Shown piece by piece: positions 1-11,532 of a stretch of 64,000 bases of DNA. The DNA lies in contig JAYWIR010000026.1 in the NCBI GenBank assembly GCA_036172245.1, forward strand, positions 372,001 to 436,000, written 5' to 3'. The DNA is from Raillietiella orientalis (taxonomy: Eukaryota). A program made the translations under genes and the position numbers. The notes beneath the pieces are model-generated. The model was not told the DNA's origin and did no database searches. It was given only the letters and a program-made list of their open reading frames with translations. How positions within the stretch are numbered: position 1 is the stretch's first letter; each line of letters opens with the position of its first letter.

Positions 1-594
1 AGACCGGCGAAAGATCTTCCGCCGCGGGTTCGCTGGAGCCTTAGCAGCGCGCCGTGACCGCCGACACACACACACCCCCTCTCCACGTCCGGCCGGGCTG
101 CTGCTCCAGGCGCTTGGGACGCGGAGGCATCTCCTCTTCCGCCGGAGGACGCGCAGCGGAGACACGGCGGGCCGGGCCGACGGAGCAGCCGCCAGGGAGG
201 CTCCCGGAAGAGTGGATGGGCTGAACGGGCGGTCCGAGAAACGGGTGGGCCCCGGTCGTCCTTCGACCCGACGCGGCGGTTGGGCCACCTTGCGGCGGCA
301 GTGGCCCGGCACCCCCTCCGCCACCGCAGCCGCGGGGCGGATCTCGGAAAGGAACCCGAGGGAAGGCATTGGCGGCGGCAGGGAGCGACAAGGAACGGCA
401 GCTGCTCCCCGCTGCCGCCCCTCCGCAAGTTCGGAGGGCGGTGGGCGCGTCCGCAACACGGGAAACCCGGCGACGCCATTGGGCGTCTCCTCTTCGCCGG
501 CGCGCAGCCGCCCAACTCTTCGTGGGGCACCGCAAGCGCGAAGGATTGGAAAAGATACGCACGCGCGCTCGTTGGACACATTTGCGTGCATTGC

Positions 595-1680
595 AATGGT
601 TATCAAAATATAGATGCGTTTATTATGTATATCTTAATGTATGTAATAAATTTGAATTAAATGAATGCATAATAAATCTATCGAATTGTGAACATGCATG
701 TTTCTATTTTATGGAAACATACATGTCTAACATATTAATAATATATTAATGCAAGTTATTCATTGTATTATTAATATGCATGTTGATAAATATCAACCAA
801 TTTCTATGCGAAGATCAATTTGTATACACATCTCTATATAAATGTAGATGTTAGTATACGTAATGGGCATGTTTTTAAAAATGTATGTATGTTTTTAATA
901 TGTATATATACTAACACATGATTCACTGTATGAATAATATGTGTCTCAGCTAGTACTAATAAAAATTATTAATGTTAAAAATGTCTATGAGGATGAGTAT
1001 TAATAAATGTGTACTTTCGAATGAATTTGTGCATTCATCTCTATACAAATGTACACCTTAAGATACGTATTAAATAATATGTCTATTCTTCATAATGAGG
1101 AGACGCATGTTAATACATGTTGAGGCATATGGTCAACTATTATATTAGAGAGTACGTATGTTAAAACGGTACTACTATTAGTAATACTTATGTTGATAAC
1201 TATTAATCAGCACGCATGGGAGGGTCTGCTTGGATCTCTGTTTTCGGAGCCTCAAACACATTTATCAATGAGCGCATTTACGTACACATTTATCAATGAT
1301 TATTAAAAAATGTGTACGTTGAAATGAATTCGTGAATTCATCTCTGTACAAATACGTACATTGATATAAATTAAATCTATTTTTTCCTTACATATGTCTA
1401 ATATATATTAACAATATACCAACACATGTGATTATTATATTAATAATATGTATGTCAATAAATATGAATGAATATATGCGCTCAAAGAATATTAATGTTT
1501 CACATATCTATAATAAATTTGACAGTAAAGTATACTTGCGTACTAATCTATACATAAATATATATACATATTGATGTACACAATGAGTCTATTCATTATT
1601 TTGCATGATCATAATAATATATATTACTCTATATTTAATGTATCCATATGTAGTAAACGTAAATAATGAACGTATGCGTT
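595..1680. repeat. AT-rich low-complexity island with degenerate internal repeats
   Basis: Abrupt switch from GC-rich to strongly AT-rich sequence; recurring unit ATGAATT.GTG.ATTCATCTCT.TACAAAT (~1021, ~1324, variant ~814). Confidence 0.8.
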
Positions 1681-2689
1681 TGCTTTCTGCGATCTCCGGG
1701 ATTCCGGCGTTCGGGATTTCGAGCCACGACTCTCGCGGAGCGCCGTGGTTGCCAGGATACCGACCTCGACACGAACCGCAAAGGCCGAGAGGCGGGGGGT
1801 CAGCTGGAAGGCCCGCGGCGGCGGCGGCGGCTCGAGGGTAGCGGGTTCCAAGCGCACCGCAGACCCCAGATGGTCTCGCGCCCGAGGCATGCTCTTTGGC
1901 TCGAGGGCCGTCGGGTGAGGTAAGGGGGGACCGGAAAGTACTCGGGAGCATGTCTTTTGCCTCCGAGCATGCCCTCTGCTGGTCGGGCCGGACCCGAGGA
2001 GTTTGTTCGTCCGCCTCCCACGCAACGGAGCGGGCAGAATGTTGGGGGAGGAGAGGAAGGAAGGCGCCCGCTCGCCTGCGCTGGGCGCCAGCGCCGCACT
2101 GTCGCCCGCCCGCCCGCGGATGCTCCGCGCTTCTCTTCCATCCGCTTCGCCGCCGCCGTGCGTCCCGGGCAGGAGGGGGTAGTGGATGGGGAAGGGAAGG
2201 GGAGCGGGGGGGCAGGCAGGCAATAAAAGAGGAAGCCGGGACGGCAGCAGGGCTTCCCGGGCAGCAGGACGCCGCACGTGCAGCGGGACGCGGAAGGAGT
2301 GCGGCCGGGCACATCTGGAAGTCATCCGGCGCTGGCGGCGGCGGCGGCCGGCCATAAAGAGGTCCACAAATTTCCTTTTTTCCTCCCCGCTGCTGCGTGC
2401 TTTCCTTTTTTAGAAACTCGAGGAGATTTATGCTCAAACAAATCGTCAATCTTCTCCGCGTCGAACCGTCCGTGACCTCTCGTGACCGTCGCCGCTGCTG
2501 CCACTACGGCAGCACCGAGCGGGCCGCTGTGAACTGCTCCCCTAGGATGCCCAGCATGCATTCCCATGACACAGTCCGGGGAGAGAGACGAAGGGAGGTT
2601 CGTCCAGCGACCACGGAGGTCACGACGACGACCTGTCCCTCCGTGACCTTTTCCTCCCTTCGGTCCGCATGCAGTGCTGAAGACTGGGG

Positions 2690-2875
2690 GCGCTCGCCAA
2701 GGTGTTTCACGCTGTCCGCGCCATCCGAGGGTGAGTATTCAATTCACAGGGGGGGTCCTCATAGGGACCACCCATGAATCCGGAAAGGCCCCGTAGGCAG
2801 TCTGCGCCTCTTACGCTTGAAAGGAGAGTCCCCAAGGTCATCGTCTCCCTGGTTGTCTCCGGAGGTAACCCAGCA
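2690..2875 (+). repeat. Dispersed repeat family A, copy 1
   Basis: Shares ACGCTGTCC..GCCA.CCGAGGG, TAGGGACCACCC.TGAATCC.G.AAGG, CCTCTTAC.CTTG and CCCTGGTTGTCTCCG blocks with the copies at ~14.4, 30.1 and 39.7 kb. Confidence 0.7.
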
Positions 2876-5849
2876 AGATGACCGGTGCCCACAGTCTTCT
2901 TGCGCTTCTTGCCGGCGGAGGCGGTTGCTGCTCCTTCTCAGCCAGCCTCTGCCGGGCTCATTTGTTCTTCCGCTGCTTCCGGTGGCGCGGTGGCGGCGCG
3001 GAGTCGTGTTGAACGGCCAATGACGAGGTGTGCTCGTGCTAATTGGCGGATGAAATTGCAGGCCGGGGGGGGGGGAGAAACAAAAAAAAGAAAAAGGAAA
3101 AAACCATTAAATCGATTGAGGCGCTTCTGTGGTCGCCGCGCGTGCGACCTGCTGCTGGCCCCGCCCGAGAGCAGATCTTTCGAATCGGTCCCGCCGGCGG
3201 CAGAGAGCCCGCTCCGGCGGCGCGGACGGTTTCCTCCCTCGGGGAACATCCCGTCGTCGCCCCTTGACGTGGGGAGAGGAGGAGGGGGGGAGCGGCGGCG
3301 GCTCGCGGAGGTCTCCCACCTACCCGTCGCTGCCACCACCCACACATCCCCGTCCCTTTCCCCCACCGACCCTCGGAGGGGTCTGCAACGACAGCTGAAC
3401 GAATGGCGAGGCACCAACCTCGTTCGCACGGAAATTCGCCGCGCTCTCTTTGGAACGCGCTGGCTGAGACGAATCGCGGCCGTCGATTAGCGACTGCGCA
3501 GGCGCGCCGGGCCCATTCATCGTCCCCCCTCCCCCCCTTGAGAAGGGGGGGAATTCTCTGGAGTGCGATCGCTCTGGCAGGCAGGCACTGGGGCACCGCC
3601 GCCGGCTTGGCGCAGATGGGGAGGCCTGCCCTCCACCTAATGAAGCATTCCGGAACGGAATGACACCGGGCCGCGCATCTGACCTGGGGACCCATGCCGC
3701 CGGGATCCGCGATATTCATCGTGGGGAGAGGGCAGGGATTTTTCTCTCTCTTCCCCCCTCCCTCTCTATGGGAGAGCCGGAGGCGTTGCGAATCACTTGA
3801 TGCGCGCGTCGTCGCGGGGACTCCCGTCTGCCGTCCGCCCGCCGAAAGGGCTGCTGGAACGTGGAGGTGCCTTCCGAGTCATCGCCCGTCCGGCAATTCA
3901 TGCCCCGCTGATTTATGGAAATGAGGCGGAAGAACAAACAAACGGCGCTCTGGCGCGTCCCCCCTCGAGGATGCAGCAGCAGCAGCGACCTCCGCGACGC
4001 TGGCGTTGCAAAGAAGGAAAACCACCGTCCACTTTGGTGTACAACCAGACGACCCTTCCTCGTGGAAGAAGAGTCACTGTCCGTGTAGGTGGGCATTCAG
4101 ACCGTGTCCTTGCTGAAAGGAGGAAGACCTATCGCCCACTTTGGTAGTCATCCAGACGAAGTCCCTGCTGAAAAAAAGGAAAGGAAATCGTCCGCTCCGG
4201 TGGACATCCAGAGGAGGCTCTCGCTCGGAAGGAGGACAACGCTCCTGAGGGAAGGAGGAGGCGGTGGGCAGATTTGCTGGAGTGGATGCACGAAAGAGTG
4301 CGCAGCAAGAACTGCGCGCAGCGGAGGATGCCATCGCTACGAATTCTCGGCCACTCTGCAGTTCCATCACTTCCCACCACTTCGCTTCCGAAGTCCTCCT
4401 CGGGGTTGGCGTTCTTTCCGCCGACCCCTGCTGCACGGCGCCCAGCATCACGCGGCCGTTGCGTCTTCGCCGGGCACTGCGAGCGGAGAAAAGAGGAGGA
4501 AAAATTGGATTCTGCCTTGGAGATGCCGGAGGCTATTTTCTTTGCCAGGGGCCTGCCAGCGTCACCGGTTCCTCAAGAGGGAGCTTCTGGGAGAAGGACG
4601 TCCGCTCCACCACCACCACGGTCCCTTCCTGCTATCCAGAGTGGACAAAGTCCGGTTCCCTTTCAGTAGCCCGCCTCTTCCGGGACACCCCCAGCTCTTC
4701 CGATCGGCGAGTGCCTTCAGCGATGGTGACCTACAGAGGGGAGAATTCGAGCGAAAATGCAGACCAACAGCAGTCTCTGGCTGGGATGTTCGGGAGACTA
4801 GCAGACCTGACGCGAGCGTGCAGAAGAAACGTGCAGCAGACCTGTAGCGAGCGTGCTGCTCCTGCCGGCCGTCGTCCCAAAGACTGCGCAGGACCTCCCT
4901 CGTCGCGAGACACCCGGGTCAAGGTCATGGCGACGGCCATGTCCCGTTTCGGACAGCACTGGCTTCGGGTGGCTCTCTTCTTCAGCGGCGGCGTCGAGCA
5001 CCCGCGGTCCGAGCATGGCAGAGCCGTCCCGGCGGCGCGGCTCGGCATCCTCCTTGCACCCCCCTTCCAGGGGAGGAGGGGAAGGCGCACCGGCTTCAGA
5101 GGAAGATGCGGGAGGTGGAAGGAGTCGCCAGCGGAGGGTCGGCGGTCTGTCCATGGTAGGACACCGAGAGTCTGCAGTCGCGGGAGAAAGGACTCCGAGC
5201 AGAGGTCATATCGGAGGCTCCCGGTGGAATTTGCCTGCCTTCGCGAGCACTGCTCTGGCAGGGGTACCAGGTGGCTCAAGGCGAGAAAAGCGCAAGCGTC
5301 TTCCCCTCCGCTTCCAGAGGTGTAGGATGCGGAAGCGTATCCAGGATTGTGGAGGCTTGGGAGCCAAGGGAAGAGAAAATTTTCGGAAAGCGCCCAGGAA
5401 GCCCGCGTTAAGAGATAGCAGATGGACTGTGGATCGCGACGCGAGAGTCATCGAAACTAGAGGGAAGAAGAAACAAGAGCAGATGCTTACCAAAGACATT
5501 CTGTGCATTCTCGTCCGACAGCCGGTTTCCCTTTCCAGAGTCGCTGGACCATGGCCTCTCATGGACCAAAATCGGAACCACACCCCACACCATGATCAGC
5601 GGCTGTGACTGCCACCGGTAGCCAAGGGCCGTGTGCCCACGATAATGGAGGGCAGCAAGAACGGCAGGAAGAAAAAAGCCCAGATTTCAAAGGGCACCGC
5701 GACCTCCTCACCTTCCTCTCTGAGCGCGCACTTGGCACTCCTGGACCCCCAGAAACTGCTGGATCCACTCAGCCCCTCGTTGGGTTGCCTACCAGAAGTG
5801 CATCGACGGGACTCTGTTTCAATGTTTTGCGCATTCCATCAGTCTCAAT

Positions 5850-6215
5850 AACCTACCCTGACCCACCTCCATTTGCATACCCACACCTAGGCAACCACAC
5901 CCAAACTAACCTAACCTAGTCTAATCACGTCTTACCAAATCTCACATCGCATCACTTCACCTAACCTCACTAACTTCACATCACTTCACATCACATCACC
6001 TACCTATCCTATCCTAATCACACCACACCTAACCTCACATACCTAACCGAACCCACATGAACCACCCGACCTAGCTCGCCTATCTAATCAGACAGAACGT
6101 AATCTAACTACACCTTACCGCACCACACCTAACGTAACCTACTCCTCACATGACCACCCTTAGCCTAAGCTAACAGAGTCACACCTCACCTAACTTAACT
6201 TAACCCACTACTACA
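5850..6215 (+). repeat. Degenerate pentamer tract (CCTAA/CACAT/CACCT), telomere-repeat-like
   Basis: G-poor strand with many CCTAA/AACCT units at ~5-nt periodicity. Confidence 0.7.
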
Positions 6216-7805
6216 CGCTTCTAAAGGGAGGTGGCCCTAGGAAAGACGCTGCTTTCCGGGAAGTCATAGACGATTCGTCTTTCGGACGGATTGGGCGCGC
6301 ATTTCCAGGCGTCCGAAACGGCGGTCGCAGGGCGGAACGAAGTGCGCAGGCGTGGGTGCAAAGAGCCGCCGCGTGCGTGAACGAGGGGGGCACCCGCCTC
6401 TCGGCCCGTCGTGGAACACGTTGCAGTGATCCCCGCCACCTCTGTGCCCGAACGCCAGTCCCCTCCCCTCGGCAGCCAGCCCTGCAATGGGGACCCCAAG
6501 CGAACGGGTGCACGACGGAGGAGGCGCAACTCCGCGCGGGTGAGCTTGCGCCGGGAAAGGCAAGCGGGCTGCACGGAGTCCGAAGGCGTCCCGCCTCGCT
6601 CCGGTCCCAAGCCACTCTTTCCCCTCCGCCCTCCCGCTGTCACTCCGCACCCACGCCGACGCGCCGCCATCTTGTGGAGGATCAACTGTTGCTGCCATCC
6701 TCGCGGGAGTCTCGAGGATGACAGCATCGAGCCACACGTCGCGTCGGTGAGGTCTTCGAGCCAGCAGTCTCGCCTCTTGGGCCCCGAAGGTCTTCGGCCT
6801 CTTGTGCCCCACTGCCCCCGCCGGAGCGGTGGCCGCTGGAGACGTTAGGAGGGTCTGGTCCTGTCGGCTGGCTGCCCGAGGTCCCGGATGCGGAGACCAG
6901 CTCTTCGAGGTCGCTGCCGAGGGAAGGACCACGCAGCGAGTGCCTTCCTGCCACAGCGACACCTGACCCGGGTCATGTTCGCCTCCCTCGGCGGACCCTC
7001 CCACTGTGCGGGCCGGTTCGAAGGACCAGCAAACTGTGCGGAGTGGACCGACGGCGTCGTCCACCCTTCGGCAGTCGGGCGTGTGCAAAGGAGGAAACGC
7101 AGCGGTTGAAACCGCCGCATCCTGTGGGCCGAGAAACTGCGCAGAATGCGCGCTGCTTAGCGGCGGAAGAAACTGACCGGTGGGTGCCTCAGGGGCACGA
7201 GGGTCGCTCGGAAAACGAGATGACCAAACATCTGAGGGTCAAAAAAAAAAAAGAAAAGAAAAATGAAAAAAAAAAATGAAAATGTATGTACATAATGTAA
7301 ATGAATGCACATTGCTGCTTAAGCAAGAGGTTGGTCCTGGAGGCGGTCAGCAACGCACTGAGAACTTTTCCCGACGATTTCTCGCGAGTTGTAGACGGGA
7401 GCGATTCTTGAGAGAGGATGGGGGAAGGGGGGGTCGTCTATCCCCATTGGGTGCCGGCGATGATATGCGCTGAAACTGTACGGGCTCTCCGGGTCGATCC
7501 TGACTCTCGCTCGTAGAGCGAACCTCATCCCCTGGGCGCGGCAACTGATGCGGAGAGATGCTGGCGAGAGAGATGCGAGGCCGGGGTGGAGCTCGAAGAC
7601 GCTCCGAGACGACGCTACTGCCCGGACGAAGACCGGTGACTGCTGTCAAAAGCGAACCCCATCTCGAGTTCCAATGGTCCGCGCCATCATCTTGGGATTT
7701 TATCTTGGGATGACCTTTTTTTTTTTTTTTGCACGTGTGGTGTGCGTGTTTTTTTTTTTTCGGCTTCCTGTTGTCTTTCCCGATTCTTTTGGTGCGAGCG
7801 AAAGG

Positions 7806-10800
7806 TCACACGCCTGGTAAGCAGTACCGAGAGTCAAGCTCTTTGACGCCGTACAGGGTCGTTCCGCCGGGAGGTAAAGCTTTGATCGGGAACGGGTCCC
7901 CGGGACTCAGATCTCCGTAGCAAAGCCTCGACTTGAACATGGCGAAGGGCTCGGGGTCCGTCTGGCAGGTGGACGGGTAAGTAAACTCCGCGCAGGGGCT
8001 GGGGAAGTTGGCCGCGTTAGCTGCGCCAGCAACGTTCGGCAGGAAGGTCTTGGATGTCTCCGGGTACCTTGCGGCCAGGGGAGGGTAAAACGGCATGCAG
8101 GGAGGGGAATTCGCCGAGCTGATGTTCTGATGCACCCCCGGGGGGTACCAACCACTGCCGCCGAAATCTGGAAGGCAGTTATTGGGAGGCGGCGCGAACG
8201 CTTCGACCTACTTCCTAGGTGGGAGGAGACGCCGTACGGCATCGCCTGCTGCCCGCTCATCATGTTGCCTAGGGTGGAGAGCTGGTGGCTCGTCAGCTGC
8301 TTCCGCAGCCGCGCCCTCCTGTTGCTGAACCACACTTGGATGTGGGCTTCGCTCAGCTTGCATCTGGATGGGCGGAAGACAGATGGCGTTAGCACGTCGG
8401 CTGCTGTTCGCTGAGAGGCGCGCATCGTCTTCGTTCTGTTTCTAGACTCCTCTTACCCTCCCCCGTCGCGGCTGCAATTCCCGAACACTTTCGCGATCGG
8501 AGAGCGAATGCGAGAAGAAGAAAGACTTAATTCTTTAGCATCCGAATTTATCAATTCCGAGTTGAGGGCAAATTTTGGTTACTGCGTTCCCGTGGGATTC
8601 AGCGTGCGAGTTGAATGAAGCGTTTGGATAAAATGGCTGCCATTATTCATCATCGATCGATCCTCTTTTCTCTCTCTCTCTCTCTGCTTGCTGGTGTGCA
8701 TCCGAAACAAATTCTCCGTGAGGAAGAAGAAGAAGAAGAAATAGCAGTTCTTCAAGATGGTAGTTCGGGCTCGCAACGGGAAACGGTAGTGTTTCGCGAG
8801 AGGCGCTCCGACGACCTTAGAAAACTCGAAAGGGTTTTTTTTTTTTTTCGTCCCGCGCGGGTTTTCCGCGAGTAACGCTGAGCATTGTTGCAGCACTGTT
8901 GCTCGTCCGGTCGTTTCCAAGGGAACCGTCCAGCCGAGCGGCTATTTTCGCTCCCTCCGCGGCGAGCGTGGAGCGCCCTCGATTTTGCGGCTTCCGGCCC
9001 ACACAGTCCGGGGGGAGAGGAGGAGCGAGGCGTACTTCTGGGCGAGCTCGTCTCTCGTGTACACGTCGGGATACTGAGTCCTCTCGAAGATCTTTTCCAG
9101 CAGTTCCAGCTGCTCCATCGTAAAGGTGGTGCGCATGCGCCGCTGCTTCCTTTTTAGCAGTATCCCCGGTTCCACATCCAGCTCGCCATCGGTTCCTTGA
9201 ATGTTTTTTTTTAAAAAAAAAAAGGAAAAATGGGTTACAGGGGGGAGAGAGCGGAGGTTACCAAGGATTCCGTTTATCGTGTGGTCACGTTTCTGGTACT
9301 CGAATTCTTCGTCCCTACTGAGCCCTCCTTCTCTGAGGAACCTGCTGATGGAGCTGATGCTGGGCGCCGTCTCCTTCGTGCACAGCCCTTCCTGAAAACC
9401 AAAGGAGGACTGAAGGTGCCGGAGAAGTGGACGTAGCTCCCTCCAGAACCAAACTCACTTGGATGAGTTTGTCGCGGACCTCCCAGGAAAACAAGCCCGG
9501 GTTCTCCCTCTTGTAGGCGTCCACCTTCTTCTCGATTATCGGGGACGCAACCCGCGGCTTGCTGCCTCCGATCACGCCGGGACGGATGGAACCCGTCTCC
9601 TGGTAACGGTTCAGGATCTTCGAAACGCACCCGTGGGACACGCGCAGCTGTCTGCTGATGACACAGGGCCTGACCCCCGCAGCCGCCATCTCCACGATCT
9701 TCAGCCGAATGTGATTGGGCAGCGGTCTTCCGTTTATGAATACACCTCCCAGCTGGTTCACCCTTCCTTGCCCTGGAACACGTAGCGCTCACCTTAACTG
9801 TGGGCGCAAAAAGCGCGCCAACCGCATTCGCATTGTTACCTTTCGAGAGCAGGGTTGCCAGAGTCTCTTTGCTGTTTTTGCACAGCTGGCTGTTCATCTT
9901 TAATTTTCTCATTAAATTTTAATCTATATTAATCTCTACTTTTCAGTTTGAAAAGCAAAAAAGAAAAAAAAAAAAGGATCCTCGAACAAATGGAATTTTG
10001 GAATCGCTCGTAGTCTGAAGCCAGAAGCGTACCTTCTCGGTTTCGGGCTGCTACTTTCTGAGCCCGAGATCATGGAAATGCATTCTTCCCTTCGTTACCG
10101 ATTCGAGCAGCACTTTGCCCTTTTCCCCACCTCTGCATGCGTCTCCCAGGGTGATGTCCTCCTTGCTTGTATCATCTTTTTCATTTACGTTTGCGCCTCT
10201 CGAAAGCTCGTGCGCAGGAAGACGCTCGAAAACGAACGTACGTTTCTCACGCGTTCATTCCTTGAGCTCAAGAGCCAGCGATGAGAGAATAGGGTCCGCA
10301 CAGGAATTCTTCCGGTTCAGAATGTAGCAGAAGACGTCCGCAACGAAGAATAATAAGTCACGGGGATCCTTCCTTTCACCTTGAGATGCCCACTCGCGGC
10401 GGGTCCTCTACCAGGCATCGTTTCCGTGCGCCAACAGACCGGCCGAGAGAATTCCCTCGAGTTCCGGAACGGGGAAAGGTTTCATTTTTCGGGGGGACAC
10501 CTCGTCTCGGAAAGCTTTCAGAAAGAAGGTTCCTCCTCCGTCTCCGAGACTCGGCTTTCCGGTTGCATCCCGGAGCTGTTCGGGAAGACACGGTGTCCTC
10601 GGAGACTTCCTCTCGATAGCACGCGGGAACTCCGTGCTGCACGCACAAACGAGCCGTGCAAACCCCTGCAACCCTTGCTGCCCGGAAAGGCGCTCTAAGT
10701 GGCGCTCCCTATGACATCTCGAGGCGCCGATCGGGCGCGAGGATTTCGTTCTTGCGTCCGATTGACGGGGCTGAATGATGCGCGCCAGGTCGCGATTCAG

Positions 10801-11307
10801 ATCGGCTCGGAGCGCGCGCGCGCCTTGAATCCGGGAATCTGGTGGCCCCCAGGGTAAGAAAGGGATGAGGAGGGAAGATCGCGGCAGAGATGCCCCCCCC
10901 CCCGTCCCCGTCATTTGGCCAACATCACCACTGCCTCCCCACGGCATGCCGCTGCTGCGCGCGACGTCTTCCGCGGTTGCTCTTTCAAGTCGGAGGAAGA
11001 AAGCATCCTTTTCTGTTTTTCTGACTTCCCTTCCCCTATTGTAGGCAGAGGGATGCGGCTACCTCTTTCGAGCCGCCCGAAGTCAACGGCGTTTGCATTT
11101 TCCTTTTCAGACAATGCCGATCAGCCGAACGGAAACGATCCGCCGCCGATAACGTCTCTGCCTGAGCTCAGCATTCGAAAAAGAAACACACACACACACA
11201 CGCACGCACGCACGCACGCACACACAAAACTATCCTTACGCAAACTCACCTTGGAAAGGATACGCCGTCAGCATGGATCCCATCTGAGACAGCGTCGTCA
11301 AAGACAT
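7806..11307 (-). CDS. Pax3/7: Pax3/7-class (gooseberry/paired-like) paired-box homeodomain transcription factor, 6 coding exons, 391 aa
   Basis: Hand-assembled GT-AG exons with consistent phases: 11307-11250 ([20 protein letters not shown]), 9772-9459 ([54 protein letters not shown]...WEVRDKLIQ), 9391-9262 ([20 protein letters not shown]...octapeptide HTINGILG), 9195-9036 ([25 protein letters not shown]...ELAQK), 8363-8212 ([22 protein letters not shown]...), 8167-7806 (Pro/Tyr-rich tail). Total 1176 nt, open frame. YPFQGQGRVN, the octapeptide and homeodomain Ser50 are diagnostic of Pax3/7. The last exon junction and the choice of start ATG (11307 vs 11283) are less certain. Confidence 0.95.
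11186..11226. repeat. (CA)n/(CACG)n microsatellite in Pax3/7 intron 1
   Basis: Directly visible just inside the first donor site. Confidence 0.85.
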
Positions 11308-11413
11308 CACGCGCACGCGATTCCGCGTCGCTACCTCCTCGCGCTGGAGTTGACAACTGCGGCGGCTACCCACCCGCGAGCCGTTCCCATCTGTGCCTCA
11401 CCGCCTCTCACCT

Positions 11414-11532
11414 ACTGCTGAGTCGCACCAGCATGACTCCCTTTAATAGAACCGGTCCTTTTGTGCTCCGCTAGCACCACGAGCCTATCCTATCAAAGAT
11501 GCCCCCCGGTCGGCCGCGGGCTCTGTGGCGGC
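11414..11532 (-). promoter_or_regulatory. Putative Pax3/7 core and proximal promoter
   Basis: TATA-like TATTAAA (minus strand, 11448-11442) about 135 nt above the ATG; N-box CACGAG 11478-11483; TCF-type ATCAAAG 11492-11498; GCCGCCA helper-like motif 11526-11532. Motif matches only. Confidence 0.4.

Noticed and set aside
2766..2774. Perfect Gli/Ci site GACCACCCA
   Set aside because: Lies inside dispersed repeat family A, far from any promoter; no independent support.
4264..5325. 353-aa ORF
   Set aside because: No recognisable domain; the region resembles other decayed repeat patches.
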